This document shows, piece after piece, positions 37,290-51,760 of a DNA stretch of 58,673 bases. Each line of letters starts with the position of its first letter. Within the stretch, counting starts at the first letter, position 1. The notes below the pieces were generated by a model that did no database searches, was not told the origin of the DNA, and worked only from the letters and a program-made list of their open reading frames with translations. The stretch is from Octopus sinensis. Taxonomy: Eukaryota. The translations under genes and the position numbers were made by a program. The DNA is taken from positions 1 to 58,673 of the forward strand of contig NW_021834512.1 of the NCBI RefSeq assembly GCF_006345805.1, given 5' to 3'.

Positions 37290-38480
37290 ACGATCTTGAC
37301 TGCTTGACAGACTCAATACAAATGCAGAGACCATCAACAAGATCTGTAGCAGTGCTTCAACGATCCTACCAAAGCCTTTGACACTGTACATAGGACAACT
37401 CTTTGGGGTGTGCCCCTCAAGTTGTGGTGTCCTTTTCAAGCTGGGGTGTTCTTCTCAAACGGGGGTGTCCCTTTTCAACCTGGGTTGTCCTTCTCAGACT
37501 GGGGTGTCCGGAAGGATGCATTGTTCGCCGTCTTCTTTTCTATTGCTACCTTGAAAGCCTTTGCGCAAAGCTATACTGGTTAGCGTACAAAGGAAAACCT
37601 TTCAACATACATCGTTTTACTGCAGTAGCAAAATTTTTCTTAGCTCTCATTTGTGGTCCCCTTTACGCTGGGAAGGACCTGCAGCTCTTTATTGATTACT
37701 TTTCAGCCGTCCATGATGAATCGGGACTTATAATCAGTCTAAAGAAGGTTGAAGTCATACTGCAACCAATACTAGGCAAGCCATATATAATACCGCCGAT
37801 ATACGTCAAGGTTTAAATGTTAAAAGTCGTGGTATACGGCGAGCTGGCAGAAACGTTAGCACTCCGGGCGAAATGCTTAGCGGTATTTCGTCTGCTGTTA
37901 CGTTCTGAGTTCAAATTTCGCCGAGGTTGACTTTGCCTTTCATCCTTCCGGGGTCGATAAATTAAGTACCAGTTACGCACTGCGGTCGATGTAATCGACT
38001 TAATCCGTTTGTCTGTCCTTGTTTGTCCTCTCTGTGTTTAGCCTCTTGTGGGTAGTAAAGGAATAGGTATACTTATGTCTACCTTGGTAGTACACTACCT
38101 AGAGTTAATACACTTGATGAGAGAGTCAATTATAGATCTTCTAAAGCTTGTGATGCATTTGGAAGGACTGAGTCGAGGCTCTGATCGCAATTGTACATCA
38201 CAGCAACGAAAGTTGAAGCCTATTAAGCATATTTTAACCATGTTGTATGAACGCAAGACCGGGACAACTTATTGCAGGTACGTCTAGTGTCTCAAGCGAT
38301 TTCACCAGCGATGTTTGAGTAATATCCTGAAGAGTTCTTGTCAATTTCATGTACCTGATGCGAGAATACTGAAGCAGGCGAAAATGATGAATATCGAATC
38401 CATGATTATAAAACACCACCTTAGATGGTCTGGTAGTCATCTTGTCTGTCTAGAGGACAACTGCATGTCAAAACAGGAAT
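37290..38480 (+). mobile_element. RTE (BovB-like) LINE relic
   Basis: TKAFDTVHRTTLW, LGCP, DLQLFIDYFS...[34 protein letters not shown]...HLRWSG; heavily degraded, with a SINE inserted. Confidence 0.8.
37838..38070 (+). mobile_element. SINE family 2 inserted in the RTE relic
   Basis: GGCGAGCTGGCAGAAACGTTAG...GAGTTCAAATT...GGGTAGTAAAG. Confidence 0.9.
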
Positions 38481-38489
38481 GGCGAGCTG

Positions 38490-38993
38490 GAGCAAGGAAA
38501 ATGTCCCTAGTACAGTTAACTGACTATCTTCAAAAGAGCCATCAATGGAGAGTGTTAAGCCAAATTGCTGAAGCTGTTACGAAAGGCTATCAAAACCAAA
38601 CACCCATGAACAATGACGAAAGGGTTCTTGTTTCATCAGAGCTATATTCCAGCACACAAGTCCTTGGTTTCAATGGCTGCTGTACGTGACCGTGGCTTTG
38701 AACTGGTTGACCAGCCTCCCTATTCTCCTGATTTGGCCTCATCTCACCATCATCTGTTCCCCAACATGAAAAAAAAAAACACTTGGCTGGGAAACTATAT
38801 CGCAGTGATGATGATGTCATATCTTCTGTTGATGACTTTTTTACTAACAAGATGAAAGCTTCTTCCCTTACGGGATCCAAACACTGCAACACCGATGGAA
38901 GAAGCGTGTGGACTGCAAGGAGTGTTATGTTGAAAAATAAACCCCATTTGTTCACATTCCATGAGAGTGTCTTGAGCAGCCTACGAACTTATG
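38490..38993 (+). mobile_element. Mariner (DD34D) transposon 3' fragment
   Basis: FLFHQSYIPAHKS...ELVDQPPYSPDLASS..HLFPNMKK, LAGKLYRSDDDV, HRWKKRVDCKECYVEK*; probable TIR remnant CAGCCTACGAACTT. Confidence 0.85.
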
Positions 38994-39051
38994 GGTTAAG
39001 GTTACCATATATATATATAAGGATCAAAACTAACGTTGGTCTCATACTAAA

Positions 39052-39147
39052 TATCAAGCCTGCCACATCGAACGTCGGCGTTCGTCTTCATCTTGTTTCA
39101 ATTCAAGATAGAGACGAACACCGATTTTCTATGTGGTAGGCTTGATA
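39052..39147. other. 96-nt imperfect hairpin (~44-bp arms, 8-nt loop)
   Basis: TATCAAGCCTGCCACAT...TCGGCGTTCGTCT..ATCTTG / CAAGAT..AGACGAACACCGA...ATGTGGTAGGCTTGATA. Confidence 0.75.
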
Positions 39148-39249
39148 ATTTTTAAGGGACCTCTCTCTAAGCATGAAACCAATGGTAGTCTTAACCCCAT
39201 AAATTATTATCCACGAATGCAAAGTTGAGCACACATTCTCATAGTTCGA

Positions 39250-41385
<2,136 letters not shown>

Positions 41386-41721
41386 AGATAAATGATAAAA
41401 TACATATCGTTGCTATTATGTTAAACTGTCGTATGTCCAAATTCGGCAAATACGTTTTTTTTTTAATATTTACTTTTGCTTGCAATAACCGGATCTTTTG
41501 GGCAAACTATCGTATCTCCAGCGGCTTCAGATGCCAAGATACCAAAAACTGTCAAAGAATAGTACAAAGGTTTTTGCTAAGGAATGGTGAAACTATTCTT
41601 TCGTTTTTTGAAAAAGCAACGTTTTGGATTTACGACACTTTTGCATAATAGCAACGATATACTCTCATGGACAAAAGAAAGTGCCCACTTCCTCACGATG
41701 TCGCGCATTGGAATTGAACTC

Positions 41722-42118
41722 ACATTTATAGTGGAAGCACTCCGTCGGTTACGACGATGAAGGTTCCGGTTGACCCGAATCAACGGAACAGCCTGCTCGT
41801 GAAATTAACGTGTAAGTGGCTGAGCACTCCACAGACACGTGTACCCTTAACGTAGTTCTCGGGGATATTCAGCGTGACACAGAGAGTGACAAAGCCGGCC
41901 CTTTGAAATACAGGTACAACAGAAACAGGAAGAAAGAGTGAGAGAAAGTTGTGGTGAAAGAGTACAGCAGGGATCACCACCATCCCTGCCGGAGCCTCGT
42001 GGAGCTTTTAGGTGTTTTCGCTCAATAAACACTCACAACGCCCGGTCTGGGAATCGAAACCGCGATCCTATGACCGCGAGTCCGCTGCCCTAACCACTGG
42101 GCCATTGCGCTTCCACAC
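41722..42118 (-). mobile_element. tRNA-derived SINE family 3, full-length
   Basis: Head GCGCAATGGCCCAGTGGTTAGGG (A-box)...GGTTTCGATTCCC (B-box); tail ...GGAGTGCTTCCA. Confidence 0.85.
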
Positions 42119-42369
42119 ATTTATAGTATAATATTTCTGTAAAAACATTACTGTTACATAATGCCAGAACTTGCTAATGAGCCTGGGAACGAAAAACATC
42201 GCAGAAGGAAATATGACAAAGTTAGAATATATATTATTATGGAAACGGCCAAGAAGTCACGTTGTTTGTATAACGAATTGTGTCAGGGAGAATTACATTC
42301 ATGTAAATATTTATAATTATGTGTGGGTTAGTGTGAGTATATGTGTGTGTGTGTGTACATATTAATGTA

Positions 42370-42652
42370 CGTACGTACGTATGTATGTATGTATGTATGT
42401 ATGCATGTATGTATGTATGTATGTATGTATGTGTGTATGTACGCACAGATGTATGCATGAATGTATGCATGAACGGATAAATGTACTTAGCTATGTATCT
42501 GTAGACCCGTACATGTGCTTTATATATGTGTGTATATATATGTACATACATGCATACACACACACACATATATATGTACATATATATATGTATGTATATG
42601 CGTGTGTATACATATATAAATGCATTACATATATATATATATGTATATATGT

Positions 42653-42702
<50 letters not shown>

Positions 42703-42704
42703 AC
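42370..42704. repeat. (TATG)n/(TA)n microsatellite
   Basis: Directly visible. Confidence 0.9.
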
Positions 42705-42800
42705 ATAAAATATTATTAGAGACAAAACCACTATTTTGCAAAACAAACAAGGAAAGACTTAATCAATACATAAAATTTTAATAAATAGTCAAAAAAACCG

Positions 42801-42843
42801 CCACTACAATTGTTTCTTGTCTTGATCGACAATCTTCAGGTGG
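42801..42843 (-). ncRNA. Type I hammerhead ribozyme (left arm)
   Basis: Exact reverse complement of 47972-48014. Confidence 0.85.
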
Positions 42844-45800
42844 ACTTCCAATCTAAAATATCAATATTTTAAAATATAAAATAATAATTTTAAAATAATT
42901 AAAGTATGAACGAAAAAATATAATATATAATCCATATATAACCTATATATAATCCATATATAATCAATATATAAACAATATATAAACTAAAATAAACCTA
43001 TCAACAATTTAATATAAAATATAAAATATGAAATATAAAACAAAACAAAAAAATAATAATAATATAATAATAAACTATATATGCACCATACACATATACC
43101 TAATTATATATAACCATATCTAACTACATACACTAAATCACACCCCTATATATATATCCCTATACATACACATAAAAACGTCTAGGCAACTATAAATAAA
43201 TAAAATAGCTAAATACTTCAACACAATACTTATTCATACTCCCACACACACACACATACAACCCACATTCACGCTCTAGAAAACGGACATCACTTAAAAT
43301 ATGAACGGAGAAATGGAATAAATGGAATTAATTAAAATTATATTCACTTGGTAAAACGAACACTACTTAAAAATTATGAATGAAACAATGCAATAAAAAC
43401 AACAGACATCGCAAATAGACACAAATTACTACGAATTCCTCAACAAACCTACCTGATAAACCAAAACTCATAAAAACATATAATGATAAAATCTCCCTTT
43501 ACTAAACTCTATAACATACCTATATAGCAATCCCCCTAACCTAAACATTCACACACAAATACACACACGTAAACCACACACCCACGACATATACAAATAC
43601 CCACACCACTTACACATACCTATACATACATATAACCTCAACATATACTCCAAAAACCCACTCAACCCCACACAGACAAATAAAACAAAATTATGAATGG
43701 ATTCTTTTATAAAACTACCATGATAAGCTAAAACTCACAAAACATAAATGATAAAACCTCCCTTTACTAAACACTATAACATACTTATATAGCAATCCCT
43801 TTAACCTATACATTCACACACAAATACACACACGTAAACCACACACCCATAACAAATACAAACACCCACCCCACTCACACACACCCACAAGTACATATAA
43901 GCCTCAACATATACACCAAACAAAATTACTTTACCAAGGAACTTAACATATGTATAAAAAGTATAACCGCTCTGGAAACGAACATCTTTTAAAATAATGA
44001 ATGGAGAAATGGAATAAATGGAATTAAAAATAATATTCACGTGGCAAAACGAACACCACTCAAAATTATGAATGAAACAATGTAATAAAACAACCAACAT
44101 CGAAAATAGACAAATTACACGAATTCCCTAAAAAAACCATGATAAACCAAAACTCTTAAAAACATATAACGATAAAATCTCCCTTTTCTAAACTCTATAA
44201 CAAACCTATATAGCAATCCCCCTAACCTAAACATTCACATACAAAAAACACACACGTAAACCACAGACCCACGACTTATACACATACCTATACTAACTTA
44301 TAAACCTCAATATACACCAAAAACCCACTCCTCCCCACACAGACAATTAACACATACATCCCAAAACCTAAATAACAAACCCATATACACATTCACACAC
44401 AAACACACACACACGCAAAACACACACACACAACAGATACATATACTCCCTCACATATACGCATATACATACTCACTAAACTCGATATATACAACAATAT
44501 TACACACCCACACTCATACAGATAAATAAATTATACAACTAAAAACTCACACACAATCTCATATACATAAACACTCCAATAAAAAACAACATTAAATACA
44601 TCGTAATTAACCAGAATATCAAAAATAACAATATGACATAAGGAGAAATAAAATACATACTTACAAGTCAGTTTCAAATTATGAAATGAAATTAAATTCT
44701 TAGCCGTTAAAAAAACCAAACCAAAATTACGTTACCATAGAAATATAACTTATGTAAAAAAAGAATACGCGCCATGGAAAGTAAACGTCATTTAAAATTA
44801 TGAATGGAGAAATAGAATAAATGGAACTAAAAACTATATCCACGTGGCAAACCAACACTACTTAAAAAAAAATACATATAACATACATATAAAGCCTAGA
44901 CTATGTATTTTTATTATGTATTTTTATTATGTATTTTTATTATGCATTTGTTATATGTATTTTGGAGGATATATTTATATGTGATGGGTGTTATTTAGTG
45001 GTTGTTTTTATGAGTTTTGTATGTATGTGTGAATGTTTACGATCCCTGTTTTTTTTTGTTATTTGGTATGTTGAATTGACAGTTTTTATTTGGGTATTGT
45101 ATGTTATAATAAAGTATACACACCCATAACAAATATAAGTGCCCACATCATTCGCGCGTACCTGGAATTGCATGTGAGCCTCAATATATACACCAAACGG
45201 CCACTCCCGCCCTATACGGACAAATAAACACATACATCCCCAAAAATGGGCGTAATCCCACTCACACCAATCATATGTATACAATTATACACACTAGAAT
45301 AATACATAACTAACCCAAATATACAGAAATATTAAAAATCACCAACAAACCACCATCACAAATGAAACCTACACCCATACAATGACAAAACTCCCCCCTC
45401 TATACCCAATTTACACCCACATAGCAATCCCAATATATTCATCCATACATGGACGCACGTGCGTGAAGCACATGCACACAATAAATACGTACAACCCCCA
45501 ATACACACTCATATACATACGTATCAAGCTCGACATCCACAGCAATACGCTTACACCCACTCACACCCAGATGGGTGAATTGCACAACCAGGGAACGCAC
45601 ACACACACGTGTGCGTATTTTGATTGTGCAACTCGCCCATATGCATGTATGCGGGCGCGATTACATTGTTGCACATATCGAGCCCACTAGCATGCATATG
45701 TACATGTGAGGGGGTATACGTACATGCCGTGCGCGTGTACCCCCTGCATTTATACCCGTGCGTGAATATACACATGGAGACTACCACACAGGTACAAATG

Positions 45801-47971
45801 TGTATAGTAATGGGAGCCCCATCACTACACTCAATGTATACTCTCACCCATCCGCACGGATTGAAAGCGAATCTCCGGTGTATATGTTGAGGCTTATATG
45901 TAGCGCTGTGGAGTTGAACGTCGTTGAAATTGTGAATGAATGGGTGGAGTTGGGAATTGTAACCGGGTGGTGGGCTAGCGTTGCTTGGAATTGGGAATGG
46001 AATAGTGTAGTAGTAAGGCAGGCATCGAGAATAGATTGGGTTACTGCAAGTTGTTTGTTAGAGCTGCTAAGATGAGCTAAAGCTCATAATTGTATATAAT
46101 AATTTATTATGGTAGTTTTATTAAAGGATCCATTCATAATAAATTTTTTTTTAAGTAGTGTTGGTTTGCCACGTGGATATAGTTTTTAGTTCCATTTATT
46201 CTATTTCTCCATTCATAATTTTAAATGACGTTTACTTTCCATGGCGCGTATTCTTTTTTTACATAAGTTATATTTCTATGGTAACGTAAGTTATATTTCT
46301 ATGGTGTGTAAATATTGTTGTATATATCGGTTTGTGAGTATGTATATGCGTATATGTGAGGGAGTATATGTATCTGTTGTGTGTGTGTGTTTTGCGTGTG
46401 TGTGGTGTGTTGTGTGAATGTGTATATGGGTTTGTTATTTAGGTTTTGGGATGTATGTGTTAATTTGTCTGTGTGGGGAGGAGTGGGTTTTTTGGTGTAT
46501 ATTGAGGTTTATAAGTTAGTATAGGTATGTGTATAAGTCGTGGGTCTGTGGTTTACGTGTGTGTTTTTTGTATGTGAATGTTTAGGTTAGGGGGATTGCT
46601 ATATAGGTTTGTTATAGAGTTTAGAAAAGGGAGATTTTATCGTTATATGTTTTTAAGAGTTTTGGTTTATCATGGTTTTTTTAGGGAATTCGTGGTAATT
46701 TGTCTATTTTCGATGTTGGTTGTTTTATTACATTGTTTCATTCATAATTTTTGAGTGGTGTTCGTTTTGCCACGTGAATATTATTTTTAATTCCATTTAT
46801 TCCATTTCTCCATTCATTATTTTAAAAGATGTTCGTTTCCAGAGCGGTTATACTTTTTATACATATGTTAAGTTCCTTGGTAAAGTAATTTTGTTTGGTG
46901 TATATGTTGAGGCTTATATGTACTTGTGGGTGTGTGTGAGTGGGGTGGGTGTTTGTATTTGTTATGGGTGTGTGGTTACGTGTGGTATTTGTGTGTGAAT
47001 GTATAGGTTAAAGGGATTGCTATATAAGTATGTTATAGTGTTTAGTAAAGGGAGGTTTTATCATTTATGTTTTGTGAGATTTAGCTTATCATGGTAGTTT
47101 TATAAAAGAATCCATTCATAATTTTGTGTTTATTTGTCTGTGTGGGGTTGAGTGGGTTTTTGGAGTATATGTTGAGGTTTATATGTATGTATAGGTATGT
47201 GTAAGTGGTGTGGGTATTTGTATATGTCGTGGGTGTGTGGTTTACGTGTGTGTATTTGTGTGTGAATGTTTAGGTTAGGGGGATTGCTATATAGGTATGT
47301 TATAGAGTTTAGTAAAGGGAGATTTTATCATTATATGTTTTTATGAGTTTTGGTTTATCATGGTAGGTTTGTTGAGGAATTCGTAGTAATTTGTGTCTAT
47401 TTGCGATGTCTGTTGTTTTATTGCATTGTTTCATTCATAATTTTTAAGTAGTGTTCGTTTTACCAAGTGAATATAATTTTTAATTCCATTTATTCCATTT
47501 CTCCGTTCATAATTTTAAGTGATGTCCGTTTTCTAGAGCGTGAATGTGGGTTGTATGTGTGTGTGTGTGGGAGTATGAATAAGTATTGTGTTGAAGTATT
47601 TAGCTATTTTATTTATTTATAGTTGCCTAGACGTTTTTATGTGTATGTATAGGGATATATATATAGGGGTGTGATTTAGTGTATGTAGTTAGATATGGTT
47701 ATATATAATTAGGTATATGTGTATGGGTGCATATATAGTTTATTATTATATTATTATTATTTTTTTGTTTTGTTTTATATTTCATATTTTATATTTTATA
47801 TTTAATTGTTGATAGGTTTATTTTAGTTTATATATTGTTTATATATTGATTATATATGGATTATATATAGGTTATATATGGATTATATATTTATATTTTT
47901 TCGTTCATACTTTAATTATTTTAAAATTATTATTTTTATATTTTAAAATATTGATATTTTAGATTGGAAGT

Positions 47972-48014
47972 CCACCTGAAGATTGTCGATCAAGACAAGA
48001 AACAATTGTAGTGG
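47972..48014 (+). ncRNA. Type I hammerhead ribozyme (right arm)
   Basis: CCAC-CTGAAGA-TTGTC-gatcaa-GACAA-GAAAC-AATT-GTA-GTGG: perfect stems I and II, intact core, palindromic loop, GUA site. Confidence 0.88.
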
Positions 48015-48204
48015 CGGTTTTTTTTGACTATTTATTAAAATTTTATGTATTGATTAAGTCTTTCCTTGTTTGTTTTGCAAAATAGTGGTTTTGTCTCTAA
48101 TAATATTTTATAATATTTTACTATAAAATTGGATTTAATCCTAAATCTGATTTTTTCCCTGTAAATTTGGATTTATTCCCTAATATTTATTATTATATGT
48201 ATAC

Positions 48205-48235
<31 letters not shown>

Positions 48236-48605
48236 ATTATATATATATATATTATATATATATATATATATATATGCATATATATATGTATATATATGCA
48301 TATATATATGTATATATGTATATATATATATATTATATATATATATAATATATATATATATAAACAAATTCAAAATGCGATAAAATAAAATTAATTATTA
48401 TCGCTGGTGTTTCTAGCACAAGCCATATATTATTCATATATAAGTACATTAAAAGGCGAAGTATGTACTAGAAACACAGAAGCTTGATAAATTTAGTGAA
48501 ATGAAAATAAAAACGTTTACTAACTCGGTTCCTCTTAGACTGCAGTTTCGTTCTTCTCAGTAATAAAAATAATTTAATTACTCAGGGAGAATTCATCGGT
48601 AAGAG

Positions 48606-48691
<86 letters not shown>

Positions 48692-48727
48692 ATCAAAATA
48701 AAATAAAAACATGATGCGAAGGATTCA

Positions 48728-48805
48728 GCGGTACATATGTTTCGGGCCTTTATTAGACAGATTTATAACAATGCATAATGTATGTCTGTGGCCTTCTTCA
48801 GCCGC
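48728..48805 (-). ncRNA. Type I hammerhead ribozyme in the inverted repeat
   Basis: Minus strand GCGG-CTGAAGA-A-GGCC-(long loop)-GGCC-C-GAAAC-ATAT-GTA-CCGC. Confidence 0.78.
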
Positions 48806-49964
48806 GCACAACAGCTTCCACAAGGACATGTGTTACATCAAAAACTCTTGGTTGGGGATGCGAATCCTCTCATTCGCGTACGACATAATGCGGCAGCAGC
48901 ATATAATTGAAGCGTCTATCTCCTTCTTCTCTCAATGTAGAATGAGGAAAACTGGATGTTGAGGTAATGTAAATAAATAAATACATATATAGACGTGAAG
49001 ATGGAGGGGCGAGAATTCGGGACCAGGGATAACAAATGTATAAAAGGTGTAAGTATAGAAAAGTATAAAAATGTAGAGCATGAAGATATAAAGAGTTATA
49101 AGGAGATGTAAAGGGGGTATAAAGGATATAAAGAAATATAAAGAAATATAAGTAAATGTAAAGGCATAAGGTTATAAAGTAAAAATAGAAATAGAAATAA
49201 GAGTAAAAAAACATGATAAAAACATGATAAAAATGTAAAAGAATGTAAAGATAAGGGATGTATAGAGGTTACGGACCAAGCATGGTGGTCAGGAGATTGA
49301 TAAAATTTAGTTGTAGAATTGTCAGTAAATCAACAGTTTCGTCTGGGGACCTAATGTGTTGTAAATCAGAGTTGATGAGCATTTAATCTGGTTTCTTGAA
49401 TTAAATGGACTTCTAGTACATACATATCATCATGGATACATACACCCACATACACGCGTACATATACGCCTCCAAGCCTATAAGCATACACACGCACTCG
49501 CGTGTAAACATGTACATAAACACACACGCACCCACACGCACGCGCGTACACACACATACATACAACAGAATATCCGCATGCATACACGGACACTATACGC
49601 GTACACACTCACATGTACATACGCGCCCATCCCTACATACACACACGTATATGCCCACGCCTCTAGGTCTAGATATAAGATATTAAAGGATGTATATAAG
49701 AACGTATGTAAACAGTCACGTACTCATGTCTATACGTGCACGCACACACGGCTGTGTGTCCGTATGCGCGTGCACATATACACTCACATACACAGAGACA
49801 CACGCGCACATGGGTATAGCTATAAGATATCGAAATATGCATGTACATATATGCGCGTGCATATGTATGTATGCGTATACACACGTACGCGGACGCTCGT
49901 ATAGTCAAAAAGTGGATCTATAGCTAAGTAAATAAACATATATAGAGGTATAAAGCGATAAGTT

Positions 49965-51633
49965 GCCCGCAACCTTTCACTCATAGACAGAGAAAAAATT
50001 GACATAATACTATTAGCTAGAAAAACCATAATAGAATTCGACGGTAGACTCTGGACCAGATCCGATACCCCCGACAATTTCGATGTGGCTATGGGCTCGA
50101 GCGATTCAGCTCAGGTGACTGACCTGGTCGGGGCCTACCTGCTCAAGAAGCTTTTCTCCGAGGTACCGGATCTTCAGGGGGGTCTATACAGAGACGACGC
50201 TCTCTTCATATACCTCACCAACAATAGGAGTAAACTAGAAAGAATTAGGAAAAAGATCAGGCTTTTTTTCAAATCCTTCAATCTTAAACTAGAATTTATG
50301 ACCAATACTAAAATAGTAAACTTCTTAGATGTTACGTTAGATTTGAATAAGCACCTTCACCACCCGTATAGGAAACCCGAAGAGACTACCAAATACATCC
50401 ATACCTCTTCCAACCATCCACCCTGTATAATTAGCACCACGGTCCAAGCCATCTCAGACAGACTGACAAAACTATCCTCTAATAGAGAATTTTCAATAAT
50501 CATGCACAACACTACAACCAGGCTCTCTATAGTGCCGGGTATAACCAGAGAATATTCATATGTAGACCACCCGGGAGCGTCCGTCGGCCATAAAACTCCC
50601 AATTATAATCGAACTCAGCACTCAACTCACACTAGCGATAATTCTAATTTAAACTCCAAACAACGTATAGAAATAGGCGAACTAATAGAATAGCACACAA
50701 TAGTAACCCTCCCGACGAAAGCAATATAGATCCTATTAGGAGAAATAGAAGGGATAATAGTAGATTACGCAAATATATATGGTTCAACATACCTTACAAC
50801 TTAGCAGTTAGGGGTAAGTTATGTAAGAGAATATTCTCTATAATTTCCAACAACTTCCCACCCACCCACAAGTATAGAAGTATCTTCTCCAACAAAACTA
50901 TTAGGATTTCCTACTCTACCCTGCCCAACATGAGCTGCCTCATAGCTAAACATAACTATATTAATATTAGAACAGCTAGATCAAGAGCAAACCATAGCGA
51001 CCAACAGAACCCCCCTCATCTAGACAGTAGACAACATAACCAGACTGGTAGCCATACTACCCAAACAGTTAGTAATAACACCCGCCAACACAACAGAGGA
51101 AATACTACACCCATCAACAACCAGGAGGATACCAACGCCCCCACTCGTATTGCAACATCTCCGCCTGGGATTAGCAGCACACGACCGAATAATGCAATGC
51201 AATGCAATGCAACTGCAGATGTGCATTAGAGTGCCCGCTGCAGGGCGCATGTAGGGCGAAAAACGTAATATATTCATGTGAGGTGAGTACTCAGTTTAAC
51301 ACACTCACCTATATTGGTTGCTCAACCTCCTGGAAATCCAGATACTACAACCACCGGTCCTCGCTGAGACACAGACATAAGGCTAACAGCACCTCCCTCT
51401 CTAAAAGAATTTGGGAATTAAAAGACAAATGCATAGGCTTCAAACTCAGATGGTCCATCATCGGATCAGCTGCACCTTATTTAAATAATAGAGCAGGATG
51501 CCAACTATGTTGTGTAGAACTCCTGAACATCTTGAAATTCAAAGACAAACACAATCTTATTAACAAAAGGTCAGAGTTCAAACCATCCTGTATACACAAA
51601 CTTATTAATACTTTCAAATACTACAAAGCTTAG
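49965..51633 (+). pseudogene. PLE reverse transcriptase + GIY-YIG endonuclease (5'-truncated, frameshifted)
   Basis: FDVAMGS, GLYRDD, NFLDVTL, YRKP, SNHP; linker CNCR-x4-CPLQGAC; VIY...YIG, NHRSS, CQLC..E, NKRSE..C.H. The linker recalls Naiad-type PLEs, but clade assignment needs a phylogeny. Confidence 0.9.
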
Positions 51634-51760
51634 GTCTTATACCAACTCCCCCATGCAATTTCCTCCCACCCGGTGCAACCTATCGGCTCCAGCACTTCCC
51701 GTTTTCCTATATGTGCGTGTATATGCGTATGTGTGTGTGTATGTATGTGTACACACACAT

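Larger units (their letters stand above)
42705..48111. repeat. 5.4-kb palindrome: arms 42705-44873 and 46143-48111, spacer ~1.27 kb
   Basis: Arms are near-identical reverse complements built of ~330-800-bp diverged subrepeats; the right arm lacks left-arm 44509-44726 and continues into a family terminus to ~48188. Confidence 0.93.

Noticed and set aside
42040-42118. tRNA genes (also at 7800, 9600, 13200)
   Set aside because: A- and B-boxes are present but run into SINE bodies; no complete cloverleaf or acceptor stem.
46067-46094. Hammerhead remnant in the palindrome spacer (CTAAGA-TGAGC-TAAA-GCTCA-TAATT-GTA)
   Set aside because: GAAA is missing and there is no stem I; could be chance.
42900-47950. 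Mitochondrial control-region insertion (NUMT)
   Set aside because: The strand skew is similar, but no mitochondrial tRNA, rRNA or protein sequence is recognisable and the arms end in a nuclear hammerhead repeat.
42705-48111. Foldback/Galileo-type DNA transposon
   Set aside because: No TSD or transposase; the outer ends are unequal (the right continues to ~48188); terminal hammerheads point to a PLE origin.
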